Notes: a model not told the origin generated them from the letters alone. A stretch of 64,000 nt of DNA from Candidatus Bathyarchaeia archaeon (GCA_049513715.1 JBEKVV010000003.1:320001-384000), one strand, 5' to 3'; positions 47,438-58,251 are shown, counted from the first letter of the stretch. Numbers and translations: made by a program.

Positions 47438-48664
47438 GTGAAGACCGAGGAACCTGAGAAGAGTGTGCTGAGCAAGATCAAAAGCGAAGACGTGATCAGC
47501 CTTACCCAACAGCTTATCAGAATACCCAGCCACAGAAATTGTGAAGGACAGGAAAAACAAATCGCGGAGTTCATCGCGGACGCGTTAGAGACGATTGGCG
47601 CCGAAGTCTCGCTGCAAAGGGTCGTCAATGACCGATTCAATGTCATTGGAAAGATTTCGGGCGAGGCTGACGGTCACAGCTTAACTTTGACCGGCCATTT
47701 GGACACCGTGCCAGCGGGTAATATGGAAATAGAGCCCTTTGCCGGCACCATACGTGACGGCAAAATCTACGGGAGAGGGGCTTCAGACATGAAAGGCGCA
47801 TTGGCAGCGATGATTTGTGCTCTGCGAGCAGTGAAGGAATCTCATGTGCACCTAAAAGGCGACCTAGTCTTCGTTGGCGCAATCGGAGAAGAAACAACAA
47901 GCGAAGGTACCACGTATCTCGTAAGAAATGGCCCGAAGACCGATTTTGCGATCAATGGCGAGCCAACCAATATGGACCTGGCGGTCGCGCACAAAGGCTC
48001 AGTACTCATTCAAATAACTGCAAGCGGGAAGGCCGCCCATTGTGACACACCCTGGCTCGGAATAAACGCCGTAGAAAAGATGAGCAAGATTGTTCAAACG
48101 ATAGCAGACCGAGTACCAAACGAACTAAAACAGAAGACTCACAAGTACACCGGACCGCCGACAATCAACATAGCCTACATCAGTGGAGGCGAATGGCCCT
48201 ACACAGTCGTACCGGACGAATGCAAAATAGTAATCATAACAGGACTCCTGCCAGAGGAAAAAAGAGAATCAATACCGTTACTGTATGAGAGAATTATTAA
48301 GGAATTGCAGACCCACGACCGCGAGCTTTGCGCAAAGGTCGACATCATACCTATTGAAACAATACCGGAGGGGTATAACCTGTCTTTTGAGATACCGGAA
48401 TCTTCACCGATTGTCAAGTCGTTAAAGCATTGCGCGATGCGAGTACTTGGCACGGGGCCCAAATTGGTCGGCGTTCCTTACTGGTGCGACGCGTCGATTC
48501 TCTCCTATGCTGGCGTTCAGACAATCATTTTTGGTCCAGGTAATATCGGCGTCGCTCATTCATCGGTGGAATACGTTCCAGTGAAGGACCTGATTAACTC
48601 ATCAAGAGTGTACGCTTTGTCAGCGCTCGATATATGTCAGCGCGATAGAAGCCCGATGAAGTGA
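47438..48664 (+). CDS. M20 family metallohydrolase (ArgE/DapE-like)
   Basis: GHLDTV, GRGASDMKG, GEE, GEPT, FGPG and AH motifs. Confidence 0.9.
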   Translation: MKTEEPEKSVLSKIKSEDVISLTQQLIRIPSHRNCEGQEKQIAEFIADALETIGAEVSLQRVVNDRFNVIGKISGEADGHSLTLTGHLDTVPAGNMEIEPFAGTIRDGKIYGRGASDMKGALAAMICALRAVKESHVHLKGDLVFVGAIGEETTSEGTTYLVRNGPKTDFAINGEPTNMDLAVAHKGSVLIQITASGKAAHCDTPWLGINAVEKMSKIVQTIADRVPNELKQKTHKYTGPPTINIAYISGGEWPYTVVPDECKIVIITGLLPEEKRESIPLLYERIIKELQTHDRELCAKVDIIPIETIPEGYNLSFEIPESSPIVKSLKHCAMRVLGTGPKLVGVPYWCDASILSYAGVQTIIFGPGNIGVAHSSVEYVPVKDLINSSRVYALSALDICQRDRSPMK

Positions 48665-48699
48665 GCTCTGCCCAAACCAGAGGCGTTTACACGTTCAGC

Positions 48700-50118
48700 T
48701 TAGGGAGCTCTAGAGCGCCAAGGTCTGTTCTTGAGGTTTGAAATACCCGAAATCTCCACGAGCTCATCCGCAGCGGCTCTGCCTTCGCCCAGAATTTCAT
48801 CTTCATCAACCGTAATCAACCTCCTTCCCCTCATTAGGATTTGTCCGTCGACGATCGTCGTGTCTATGTTTTCGCTCGTGGCGCTGTAGACCAACGCTGA
48901 AACGGGGTTGTGGGCGGGTGCAGCGAAAGTTTTTGATAGGTCGATTAGAAACAAATCGGCCTTCTTTCCTGGTTCAATCGAGCCGACTTCATGCTCAAGT
49001 CGAAGAGCCCTGGCCCCGCCAATTGTCGCCATTTCAAGAACATCTTCTGCAGTAATGATTGTGGGGTTGCCAGGGTGAGCAACCTTGTGCAAAAGCGCCG
49101 TAACCTTAACTAACTGCAGCATGTCCTGGTTATTGTTGCTCGCTGCGCCGTCCACGCCCAAGCCGACGGTTATGCCTGATTTTAGCATTTTTGGGATAGG
49201 AGCTACTCCTGACGACAGGTACATGTTACTGGTGGCATTGTGGGACACCTTGGAGTCCGATTTCTTCATGATTCCAATGTCGTCATCGTCGAGATAGACG
49301 CAGTGAACCGCCAAGAAGTCAGGTCCGAGAAGTCCGATCCTGTCAAACAACTCCAGTTCCCTGCAATGAAAGCGGGACCTGCAGTTCTCAACCTCAAACG
49401 GTGTTTCTGCAACATGCATCGTTATCCCTATTTTCAATTCGTCTGCCAGTCTTCTGCAGCCTTTCAGTGCCTGCTCGGTGACACCCCAAATTGCAACTGG
49501 AGCGATCCAAACTCCCAGTCTCCCGTTGTGATTCGCTGCGAACTTGCGATGCATGCGTCGAATCTCGTTGAACGATTCATCTGAGTTGTGGATGATTTCG
49601 GAGGGCAAACCTACCTCAAGCCCAGTGTCGATGACTCCATGACCGACGATCCCTCGAATGCCTGATTCTTGAAACGCTAGAAGTACTGCCTCCGATAGTT
49701 CGGGAACGGGATGTGCGTACATGTAGTCCAACGTTGTGGTCGTGCCGGATTTGATGGCCTCAACGACTCCGAGAAGGGCGCTGGCGTGAACATGTTTATA
49801 GGTTAGTTTGCGGGAGCTCGGAACAATTATCGTCCTTATCCAGTCCGCTAAGACTCGATCATCGCCTAACCCTTTGAGCATGACTTGAAATAGATGGGTG
49901 TGGGTGTTGACAAACCCCGGGAACACGGTTTTCCCGTTTGCCTCTATCACTTCGTCGGCCCTTGGGTGGCTTTCAATAACCTCCCTAGTTGGGCCGACAG
50001 CGCGAATGCGATTGCCCTCAACGTAGACCGCGCCGTTCCTGATGATGTTTCGCTTCGGACTTACAGTAACGACTGAATCTGCATTTCTAATGAGTATGCT
50101 GGATGCCTTTAACGGTAC
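48700..50118 (-). CDS. Amidohydrolase, deaminase type (HxHxxQ, 8-oxoguanine/pterin deaminase-like)
   Basis: NTHTHLFQ, HVAE, AVHCV and GVDGAASN motifs. The conserved N-terminal domain extends to about 50118 without a canonical start (track start 49950). Confidence 0.85.
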   Translation of the reverse strand, partial: VPLKASSILIRNADSVVTVSPKRNIIRNGAVYVEGNRIRAVGPTREVIESHPRADEVIEANGKTVFPGFVNTHTHLFQVMLKGLGDDRVLADWIRTIIVPSSRKLTYKHVHASALLGVVEAIKSGTTTTLDYMYAHPVPELSEAVLLAFQESGIRGIVGHGVIDTGLEVGLPSEIIHNSDESFNEIRRMHRKFAANHNGRLGVWIAPVAIWGVTEQALKGCRRLADELKIGITMHVAETPFEVENCRSRFHCRELELFDRIGLLGPDFLAVHCVYLDDDDIGIMKKSDSKVSHNATSNMYLSSGVAPIPKMLKSGITVGLGVDGAASNNNQDMLQLVKVTALLHKVAHPGNPTIITAEDVLEMATIGGARALRLEHEVGSIEPGKKADLFLIDLSKTFAAPAHNPVSALVYSATSENIDTTIVDGQILMRGRRLITVDEDEILGEGRAAADELVEISGISNLKNRPWRSRAP

Positions 50119-50150
50119 TCAACTCTTCAAAGGATTCTTCTAGTTCCAAG

Positions 50151-51080
50151 TTATTTCTTGAATGGTTTGCCCAAGAACTCTGGAGCTGCTGCATGTCTTC
50201 CCGCTATTGCAAGAACGGCGATTACAAAGATGTAGGGCAGAGCGTTGAAGAATTGTGGAGGTAGCGGAACCTTGAGTGCTTGGAGAAGATAGTCAAGGGC
50301 CTGCATTCCACCAAAGAAAAAGCATCCAAGAGCAGTACGAAGTGGACGCCATTTGCCAAAATAGACTAGGCCGATGGCAATGAATCCAGTACCGGAAATA
50401 ATTGGCGTCGCTGTATAGATCTTCACGAGCGCAATAGCGATGTACCCTCCTGACAAGGACGCAAGAATGCTGCCGACAATCACGCTCACGTACCTAACCA
50501 AGTTGACATTGGATCCCATAGCGTAGGCCGCGTGCGGATTTTCACCTGCCGCCACAATCCGCAAGCCAAGGGGAGTTTTGAACAAACAAAATACTACCAC
50601 GATTAGGATGATAGCCGCATAGGTGAGGGCAGTCTGCGAGAACAAAGCTTCTCCAATGACAGGGATGTCGGCCAAGATCGGAATTCTGATATCCGGCATT
50701 CCCGAAACTTGAGGTTGCACGGAAGCGACTCCGAAGACCACCCGGTACAAAAAGAAAGTTATACCCAAACCCGCGAAGTAAACCCCCAGTCCAGCTAAGA
50801 TCTGATCCTGCATTAGCGTTATCGTGAGCGGAGCTACGACGAGCCCCACAAGGGCGCCAGCTACGATTCCTCCTATGAGACCGAAGGCCAAACTGCCATT
50901 GAAGTAAACGATTGTAAACGACACAAAAGAGCCCAGAACCATGATGCCCTCTAAGCCCAGATTGATTATTCCTGCCCTTTCCACGATGACCTCACCAAGG
51001 GAACTCAGAAGAAGCGGTGTCGCGAACACGAGCGTTCCTGAAATCAAATAGGTTACGGCTTCAAACGCCACCAGAATCAC
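50151..51080 (-). CDS. Nucleoside-type ABC transporter permease
   Basis: ERAGIINLGLEG, GLRIVAAGENP and GFIAIG..FGKW motifs. Confidence 0.9.
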   Translation of the reverse strand: MILVAFEAVTYLISGTLVFATPLLLSSLGEVIVERAGIINLGLEGIMVLGSFVSFTIVYFNGSLAFGLIGGIVAGALVGLVVAPLTITLMQDQILAGLGVYFAGLGITFFLYRVVFGVASVQPQVSGMPDIRIPILADIPVIGEALFSQTALTYAAIILIVVVFCLFKTPLGLRIVAAGENPHAAYAMGSNVNLVRYVSVIVGSILASLSGGYIAIALVKIYTATPIISGTGFIAIGLVYFGKWRPLRTALGCFFFGGMQALDYLLQALKVPLPPQFFNALPYIFVIAVLAIAGRHAAAPEFLGKPFKK

Positions 51081-52144
51081 CTGACTACAACACGGTAATT
51101 CACGAAGAATTCGAAAATCAGTAGAGTCAGTATCATTAACGCTTCTAGGAATGTGATAACGCCAATGGAAATTCCCGCCTGTTCCATGAATTGGGCGCCA
51201 TTCAGCAGCCCGGCGAACCCAAGCGCCGCTGGAATGCAGTAGAGTGGATTCAACTTCGCCAGCAGGGCCACGACTATTGCTAAGAATCCGTACCCAGCCA
51301 ATGACGAGCCCGAAAAGCCAAGCAAAAGGAAATGCTGTACACCACTAACTTCCATCATGCCTGCCAAGCCGCTCATGCCACCTGTTAGAAGTGAGGTCAG
51401 GACAACTGTCTTCGCAATGCTAATACCGCTATAGCGGGCTGCACGTATATTGTACCCTACAACTCTGATATTGTAACCGATACGTGTGTGCCAAAGCAAA
51501 AAGTAGAACACGAAGGCAAGAAGAAACGGTAAGACGACTCCAACATGGAGACGCGTGCCTGGTATCATGTTGGGAAGCTGTGCATTCAAGCCAAGGATCC
51601 GAGTCTCCGGGTATAGAGCGGCTGGGTCCTTCCAATTGTAGTAAAGCAGATACTCAAGAAAATACCCAGCGACGAAATTCGCGAGTATGGTAACAATAAT
51701 CTCGTTTACGTTTAGGTAAGCCTTCAGCATTCCAGCTACAAGAGCAAATAACCCGCCAAAAATCACACCGAACAGTATCATTAATGGAATCAGTATTACC
51801 GCTGGCAGATTTGGAAGAGATAGCGCTACCCATGTCGCCCCGATCCCCCCAAAGATGAACTGCCCGTCTGCTCCGATGTTGTAGAAGCTCGCCCGAAAGG
51901 CGACAGAAAGTCCAACTGCGATGGCCAGCAAAGTGGAGCACTTGAGTAAGGTCTCAGATAATGAAGTCACATTGCCAACGGCGCCGTAAATCAGAAGGCC
52001 ATACGCTTCTCGTACGTTGACGTGCAAGTACACCATTATGATCGTCGTTATTGCAAGCGAACTGGCCAGCGCCAGAATGGGTGTTAGCCCTCGAAGATAT
52101 GGGCTCACGTCCCCTTTAGGCTGGATTTCGAAGCGTCTCTGCAA
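51077..52144 (-). CDS. Nucleoside-type ABC transporter permease
   Basis: FYNIGADGQ, NEIIVT, AARYSGI and GYGF.AIVVALL motifs. Confidence 0.9.
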   Translation of the reverse strand: MQRRFEIQPKGDVSPYLRGLTPILALASSLAITTIIMVYLHVNVREAYGLLIYGAVGNVTSLSETLLKCSTLLAIAVGLSVAFRASFYNIGADGQFIFGGIGATWVALSLPNLPAVILIPLMILFGVIFGGLFALVAGMLKAYLNVNEIIVTILANFVAGYFLEYLLYYNWKDPAALYPETRILGLNAQLPNMIPGTRLHVGVVLPFLLAFVFYFLLWHTRIGYNIRVVGYNIRAARYSGISIAKTVVLTSLLTGGMSGLAGMMEVSGVQHFLLLGFSGSSLAGYGFLAIVVALLAKLNPLYCIPAALGFAGLLNGAQFMEQAGISIGVITFLEALMILTLLIFEFFVNYRVVVR

Positions 52145-52146
52145 GT

Positions 52147-53670
52147 TTAGTGCCCAGTCTTGGAGCCTAACGTCATCATATACCCCAGAGTCTCGACAGG
52201 AGTGTTGGATGGCACTATGTCAACAATTCTTCCCTTATAGATGACTCCGATTCGAGTACCAAGCTCTCGAATCTCATCTAAATCCTCGCTTACCAATAGA
52301 ATTGCAGAGCCCGTTTCGGAAACTGCTCTTAGTCTTGAACGTATGCGGGCCGTTGCGGCCGCATCGAGACCGTGCGTGGGATTAACCGCGATCAGAAAGT
52401 TAGTGTCTTTCTTCAATTCGCGCCCAACAACCATTTTCTGGATATTTCCGCCAGAGAGAGTTTTGACTTCGCTGCGGACACTGCTGGCCTTGATGTTGAA
52501 TTGGTCCACAAGATCCTTTGCGAAGCCGAGTATACGGCCAACTTGCAATTGGCCCATGCGAGTGGTAAATTTCCCAATTTCCAGATAGCCCATAACTGCG
52601 TTTTCATATAGACGCATATCAACAACGGCACCGGTCGCCATGTCTTCAGGAATAAAGGCTAACCCTTCTTTGAGCCGTGTCGTGACAGAGGCGTTGGTGA
52701 TATCGAGGCCGTTCAACATGATCTTTCCTTTAGTCGCTTTGCGTAGACCTGAGAGCGCCTCAACCATTTCCTTCTGGCCGTTTCCTGACACACCGGCGAT
52801 CCCTAGAATCTCGCCGTCCTTGATTTCGAACGATATATCTTCGAAGGCAGGCAAACCGTTGTCGCGAAAGGCGCATAAACGTGATACTTGTAGGACATCC
52901 TTACGCAGAATATCGGATTTCGACACTGTCTGTGTCTGCCGTTCGTTGAGAGGCGAATAATCGGCGAACATATGAGCAATGAGTCTCTCCTTCGACTCTT
53001 TCGCCGTTCCCTCCCATACCTTCTTGCCCCGACTAAGCACAGTCACGGTGTCGCTTATTCGTTTCGCCTCGTCAATCTTGTGGCTGATGAAGACGACGCT
53101 CACGCTTTCGTTTTTCAGACTTAACAATGTTTGGAAGAATGGTTCGATTTGTTGCGGTGTCAGTACTGATGTTGGCTCATCTAAAATTAAGATAGATGCG
53201 TGCCGAAAGAGGGCTTTCAGTATCTCAACGTGCTGTTGCTCGGCGGCCGACAATTGCCAAATGTATGCTTCTGGATCAATTGAAAAACCGAATTTTTTCG
53301 CAAAATCCACGATTTCTTCTTTTATGTTGTGATGAGCATAGTCCTCCTTTATCCCGAGGCTAAGCAGGAAGTTCTCGTAGACTCTCAAATTGCGAATTAG
53401 AGAGAAGTGTTGGTGGACCATGCTAATACCCTGCGCGGCCGCGTCACGAGGAGAACGGAAGCGGACGCTTGTATCGTGTATCAGGATTTGTCCATCATCG
53501 GGTGCGAAGTAACCGCTCAAGATATTCATGAGGGTTGTCTTGCCAGCACCATTTTCGCCTAATAGAGCGTGGATTTCACCCTCGCGTAGGGAGAAATCCA
53601 CGTCGGCAAGAGCCTGGACTTGAGGGAAGCTCTTTGTTATGTGCTGCATCTCTAACTTGAGATGCGGCAC
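52147..53670 (-). CDS. ABC transporter ATP-binding protein (double NBD, CUT2 type)
   Basis: GENGAGKT, LDEPT and LSGGNIQK motifs. Confidence 0.93.
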   Translation of the reverse strand: MPHLKLEMQHITKSFPQVQALADVDFSLREGEIHALLGENGAGKTTLMNILSGYFAPDDGQILIHDTSVRFRSPRDAAAQGISMVHQHFSLIRNLRVYENFLLSLGIKEDYAHHNIKEEIVDFAKKFGFSIDPEAYIWQLSAAEQQHVEILKALFRHASILILDEPTSVLTPQQIEPFFQTLLSLKNESVSVVFISHKIDEAKRISDTVTVLSRGKKVWEGTAKESKERLIAHMFADYSPLNERQTQTVSKSDILRKDVLQVSRLCAFRDNGLPAFEDISFEIKDGEILGIAGVSGNGQKEMVEALSGLRKATKGKIMLNGLDITNASVTTRLKEGLAFIPEDMATGAVVDMRLYENAVMGYLEIGKFTTRMGQLQVGRILGFAKDLVDQFNIKASSVRSEVKTLSGGNIQKMVVGRELKKDTNFLIAVNPTHGLDAAATARIRSRLRAVSETGSAILLVSEDLDEIRELGTRIGVIYKGRIVDIVPSNTPVETLGYMMTLGSKTGH

Positions 53671-53715
53671 GGTCAGTGTGCCTCAGGCCTGGAAAGTAGG
53701 GAGGGTAGGCTCCGT

Positions 53716-54762
53716 TCAGGACCCGCTTACTTCGGCCGCGGTGACTATGTGGATCTTGCCAGACTTAAGATCCGCGAGCGCTTGGTCGTATTGTGCTTGC
53801 ACGTCTGCCGGTAGCTGGATGTGAAGCAAAGGAACGCAACCACCATTGTTCAAATCTATCGGATAGACTTTCATTGAGAATTTTCCGTTGGTCAGAACGT
53901 CGTGAACCATTGCTTCAAATGCGACCGTAAAGTTCCAGACTGTTGACATGTATAACTTCCCGGGGTACAATGCGCTTTGGTCCCACTCTGCCCCAGTGGT
54001 CCAAACGCCTGCATCCTTGGCTGCGGAGATAACGCCTACGCCAAGTCCGTCTCCGCCGTTGACTATTACATCATACCCTTGGCTGATGAGCGCCTGTGTT
54101 GCCTCTTTCGCTTTCGTGACATCGTTGAAATCGCCTGTCGCGACGCCCGTGAAAGTCAAGCTCTTGTTAACCGCTTCTACGCCCAATTTGGTATTCTGGA
54201 ACCAAGCCTTGTAGGATGGAATGTCCAATGCGTACACAAACCCAATCTTACCGGTCTTCGTCAAATGAGCTGCCACAAGGCCCACTAAGTACCCATCCTT
54301 GTAGAAGCCGGGCTCAGTGTACGCCACGTTATCAGTTGAATTCCCGAATCCAGCTGATACCGTGAAGAAGACGTTCGGAAAGTCCTTTGCAACTCGAATC
54401 GTTTGGTCTTGGAATTCCACTCCGTGCGCGACGATGAAGTTGTAGCCCTGTTGAGCATACTGTCGCTCCAGTCTCTCAACGTCTGAGACCGCCACGTTCT
54501 CATTCACAACATACTGTACGTTCAAGGACGATGAATTCAAGGCGCTTGCTACGCTTTTGACTGCAACGTAGCCACCTTGGTTGAATGAGACATCATTCGC
54601 AGGGCCAGGCAAGAGGAGGGCCATCTTAAACTGCTTGGCTGCCACCGTCGTAGTCGTAGACGCCGTCGGAACCGTGGACTGATAGTAGAAGTATCCTGCT
54701 GCAATCACAATTAGAACGATCACGACAGCTGCAACGTAACGATAATTCTTTCGAGCTGACAT
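53716..54762 (-). CDS. BMP-family (PnrA/TmpC-like) nucleoside-binding protein
   Basis: N-terminal TM anchor and Thr-rich linker; NDVSFNQ, GYLVG, TKTGKIG and DQ motifs. Confidence 0.88.
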   Translation of the reverse strand: MSARKNYRYVAAVVIVLIVIAAGYFYYQSTVPTASTTTTVAAKQFKMALLLPGPANDVSFNQGGYVAVKSVASALNSSSLNVQYVVNENVAVSDVERLERQYAQQGYNFIVAHGVEFQDQTIRVAKDFPNVFFTVSAGFGNSTDNVAYTEPGFYKDGYLVGLVAAHLTKTGKIGFVYALDIPSYKAWFQNTKLGVEAVNKSLTFTGVATGDFNDVTKAKEATQALISQGYDVIVNGGDGLGVGVISAAKDAGVWTTGAEWDQSALYPGKLYMSTVWNFTVAFEAMVHDVLTNGKFSMKVYPIDLNNGGCVPLLHIQLPADVQAQYDQALADLKSGKIHIVTAAEVSGS

Positions 54763-55037
54763 AACATCAAAACTTCACTGAGTCCGTATTTAACACTTGC
54801 ACATATACTTTGCGAGCGACTGACCGAAAATAAGAGCGGCGCGATGATGTCAATACCGAATTTACTCGAAATTTACTCTACATAATGGCTCCGATAGGTC
54901 CAGCAGCTGATTCAGAAAACTCGATTGTACTCTCACCAACGATGATTCCTATTAATCATCTCAACTTTTTCAAGGATTCGAGAACCAGAGAATGTTTTAG
55001 GGACATCAACGAGTGGTAACTGCATAGGTAGACCGTT

Positions 55038-55862
55038 GTGAAAGTTGATGTAGCCGCAGTCTCACCGCTGAAAAAACCGACCGACGAGGAAAACATACCG
55101 AGAGCAATTCAATATCTCGACGAAGCCGTGCGGCAAGGAGCGAAAATCATTTGTTTTCCAGAAAATTATCTATACTCAGATATTTCCAGAGTTCCAAAAA
55201 GCGACATCGAATCATATCCTGGTGTTTTGCAGCTACTTAACAAGGCACGAGAGAGCGGAGTATACGTCATTCCCGGCACGATGGCGGAGAGAACTAATTA
55301 CGGGAACAAGTTCTACAATACTGCTCTCCTTCTGGGGCCAAATGGAGCAGTCATCGGAAAATACAGGAAGACCCATCTCGCTGTGGAAGAGAGCGAAAAG
55401 CAGAGAATACCCGGTGGAAAGGAGGAAGTTCTCAAAGTGTTCAAAACTGAATATGGGAATATGGGCATCCATATTTGCTACGAGATTTGTTTTCCAGAAG
55501 TCGCGCGCATAACGGCTCTAGCGGGGGCAGAAATGATGTTCTGGCCAAGCGGGGGCAAATACTACGAAATTCGCGAGACTTGGCGACATTTAATTTGGGC
55601 GAGGGCAATCGAGAACCTCGCGTACGTTGTGAGCTGCTCAAACATATTTGGGATGGAACGTGGCATTACAATCATTGCCGGGCCCGAGGAAGTCCTAGCC
55701 GAACGGGACAACGAAGGCGTCGTCACAGCAACCCTAGACATCGACCGAATCCACTGGTTGAGGAAGACACCGGAATCATTCGACATACCCAAACCCTTCA
55801 AATGCGTACCCGGCACACTCATGGACCGGGAGCCAGATCTGTATCACGCTCTGATTCAGTAG
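55038..55862 (+). CDS. Carbon-nitrogen hydrolase (nitrilase superfamily)
   Basis: Glu-Lys-Cys triad: FPE, YRKTH, ICYE. Confidence 0.9.
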   Translation: MKVDVAAVSPLKKPTDEENIPRAIQYLDEAVRQGAKIICFPENYLYSDISRVPKSDIESYPGVLQLLNKARESGVYVIPGTMAERTNYGNKFYNTALLLGPNGAVIGKYRKTHLAVEESEKQRIPGGKEEVLKVFKTEYGNMGIHICYEICFPEVARITALAGAEMMFWPSGGKYYEIRETWRHLIWARAIENLAYVVSCSNIFGMERGITIIAGPEEVLAERDNEGVVTATLDIDRIHWLRKTPESFDIPKPFKCVPGTLMDREPDLYHALIQ

Positions 55863-55891
55863 CCATCTGAGTTCTCTTCGGCGAACTGGTT

Positions 55892-57199
55892 TCAGGAACT
55901 TGAAGCCTTGAATTTGTCCAAGCTCACATATTCTACTCTCTTGAAGAGCTTCCTCTTGTCTGGTGGAAAGGTTGCGTCTATTCCCAATTTGGTGACGAAT
56001 CCTCCTATGCTTGCGGGGTCCAAGGCGTGGTTGAAAGCGCGGGGCACGATCACCAGATCTTCATCGCCACCACTGCGCGTTGCCATCGCCCACAGAACTT
56101 CTCTTTCGTCATGTATGTTCACGTCCTCGTCTACGATAATTGCGTATTTTACGACAGGATGAGCTGATAGAGCAGCGAGAAGAGCATTCTTGGCCATCAT
56201 CACGTATTCCTTTCTAACGGACAAGAAGGCGATGAAACCGCAGCCAAAAGGCGGTAAATGAACATCGACTATTCCAGGGACAGCTCTCTTCAGAGAATCG
56301 TATAATGAGGCCTCACGCCCGACATTGTTCAAAGCCAAGTGCTCCGCAGATGCGCCTATTACGGTTCTGAAAACAGCGTCGGACCTCATGGTGATCTTCT
56401 TCACCTGGAATGTGGGCATGGGTTCTGAGGGGCTATAGTAGCCAGTAAATTCGGCGAAAGGCCCCTCCGGTTCCGTGTTTCCCCTGTCCATCACACCCTC
56501 GATCACTATTTGCGACAGCGCGGGAACTTCGCAGTTCACAGTGTCGCAATTCACTAGGTCCACACTACTGCCCTGTAAGGAACCAGCCATTTCGAGCTTG
56601 TCGAACGTCGAGCCCCTCACTGACGCTGCGAATTCCACAGAAGGCGGAGCTCCTATTATTAGGGCCGCATCAAATCTCTCCTTATCCTTCGTTACGTCCC
56701 ACAATCTACGCCCAGGATCAACCCTTACCGCAACCTTGCTTGCTGATTTCACCTCAACTCTCGCCCACTGAAAGACCCGCACTCCGGACTCTTGGGTGGT
56801 CAGTATGCTTGTTATGTATCTCCCTGCATCATGCTGGGTATTCTCTGGTATCGGCAAGGCGTCAAGTGAAGCTGCCTCCTTCTCCTGAACTCTACCCACA
56901 TCAACGAGTGTTGGTTTTATGCGGCTGTTCATGGCTGACGAGAAATGGTTGTGCAGCTCGTCCTGTCTTATTCCAAAAGCGAGTGAGGTTCTCTCGAGTT
57001 CGCTGAAAAGGTTGGTGACTACCGGGATGTTGCTCCCTTTGACGCATTCGAAGAGAAGTGCTCCTTGTCTCTTTTTTTCAAAGTCAAAGGCGAGGCTTGC
57101 CAGTTGATACTTGTGGTCCACTTGGTGTGAGACGCGTGTAAGCATGTTTGCGGTAGACAGCCTTACCAAGAATTCATTCAGATCTTTGGTTGGTTTCAA
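55892..57199 (-). CDS. UbiD-family prFMN decarboxylase
   Basis: DAGRYIT, EGPFAEFTGYY, VDEDV, WAMATR and KLGIDAT motifs. Confidence 0.9.
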   Translation of the reverse strand: MKPTKDLNEFLVRLSTANMLTRVSHQVDHKYQLASLAFDFEKKRQGALLFECVKGSNIPVVTNLFSELERTSLAFGIRQDELHNHFSSAMNSRIKPTLVDVGRVQEKEAASLDALPIPENTQHDAGRYITSILTTQESGVRVFQWARVEVKSASKVAVRVDPGRRLWDVTKDKERFDAALIIGAPPSVEFAASVRGSTFDKLEMAGSLQGSSVDLVNCDTVNCEVPALSQIVIEGVMDRGNTEPEGPFAEFTGYYSPSEPMPTFQVKKITMRSDAVFRTVIGASAEHLALNNVGREASLYDSLKRAVPGIVDVHLPPFGCGFIAFLSVRKEYVMMAKNALLAALSAHPVVKYAIIVDEDVNIHDEREVLWAMATRSGGDEDLVIVPRAFNHALDPASIGGFVTKLGIDATFPPDKRKLFKRVEYVSLDKFKASSS

Positions 57200-57377
57200 C
57201 TGGCCTTAATCCGTCCTGTTTGTTGTTCATGAATGAGGGAGGCTGGATAATAGTTTTGAGATAAGAAAAGGCAAGCGGCAAATGGGCGGAAAGAATAACT
57301 TTTACTCCACAGAAGAACGATTGTGACTCTTCTGATTCGTATAGAGAAATCAAAATCGAGCAATTGAGGTTATTTGA

Positions 57378-58199
57378 ATGAAAATTGGAGTCGTTCAACC
57401 ACGAAGGGACTCAAACGACTATAAGCTCAACATAGAAACTGCGCTGGGGTACATCGACCGTGCTTCAAACGATATCGACCTTCTGTTCTTTCCAGAGGGA
57501 TTCCCTGGACCGTGGTGGCTGGCGCCGGACGAGAAAGCGAAAGAACTTGTATCCGTGAATATCGAAAGGTCCGAGGCTTACTTATCAATAAAGCAGGCTT
57601 TGAAAGGCAAACGTACGCTTGTTGGCTTCGGCGTCACCGATAAGTCTGCGGATCGCTTGTACAATGCCTATGCGATAACTGGATCTGAAGGCCTCTTGGG
57701 CATCTATAGGAAGATGCTTCCAGCGGCCTTCGAATTGCTTGCACCTTCCCCCATATCACAAGCGAACGAAGTCAAGGTCTGGGACATAGAGGGAACAAAA
57801 GTGGGCGTATCGATTTGTTGGGAAGCCCTCTTCCCTGAGATTCCACGGGAACTGGCAAAGAGAGGCGCTGAACTAATCATCTTTCCAACAGGCGGCATGC
57901 TCTACGATCTGAAGACATCGTGGAGGAATGTCTGGTTAGCAAGGGCGGTGGAGAATGTGTCCTACGTTGCTGGCAATGTCAGCATATACGGTAAGGAAGA
58001 AGGCATGTCCCTGATAACTAGTCCTGAGGGTGTTGTCATCGAGAGCAGTACGGAAGGCGTCATCACCGCAGAGTTAGACGTGGAGAGAATAAGGTGGCTA
58101 AGAAGCCAAGATGAAGAACTCACGATGCCGAAGAAGTACAAGACCGTTCCAGGATTACTTAGATGGGCCCAACGAATACCAGAAGTCAAGTCAGCATAG
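57378..58199 (+). CDS. Carbon-nitrogen hydrolase (nitrilase superfamily)
   Basis: FPE, YRK and ICWE triad; paralogue of 55038-55862. Confidence 0.9.
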   Translation: MKIGVVQPRRDSNDYKLNIETALGYIDRASNDIDLLFFPEGFPGPWWLAPDEKAKELVSVNIERSEAYLSIKQALKGKRTLVGFGVTDKSADRLYNAYAITGSEGLLGIYRKMLPAAFELLAPSPISQANEVKVWDIEGTKVGVSICWEALFPEIPRELAKRGAELIIFPTGGMLYDLKTSWRNVWLARAVENVSYVAGNVSIYGKEEGMSLITSPEGVVIESSTEGVITAELDVERIRWLRSQDEELTMPKKYKTVPGLLRWAQRIPEVKSA

Positions 58200-58251
58200 C
58201 CGAATGTTCCTGAAGTGGTACAACCGCCACCACGCGTTCGCACGTGCGAAG

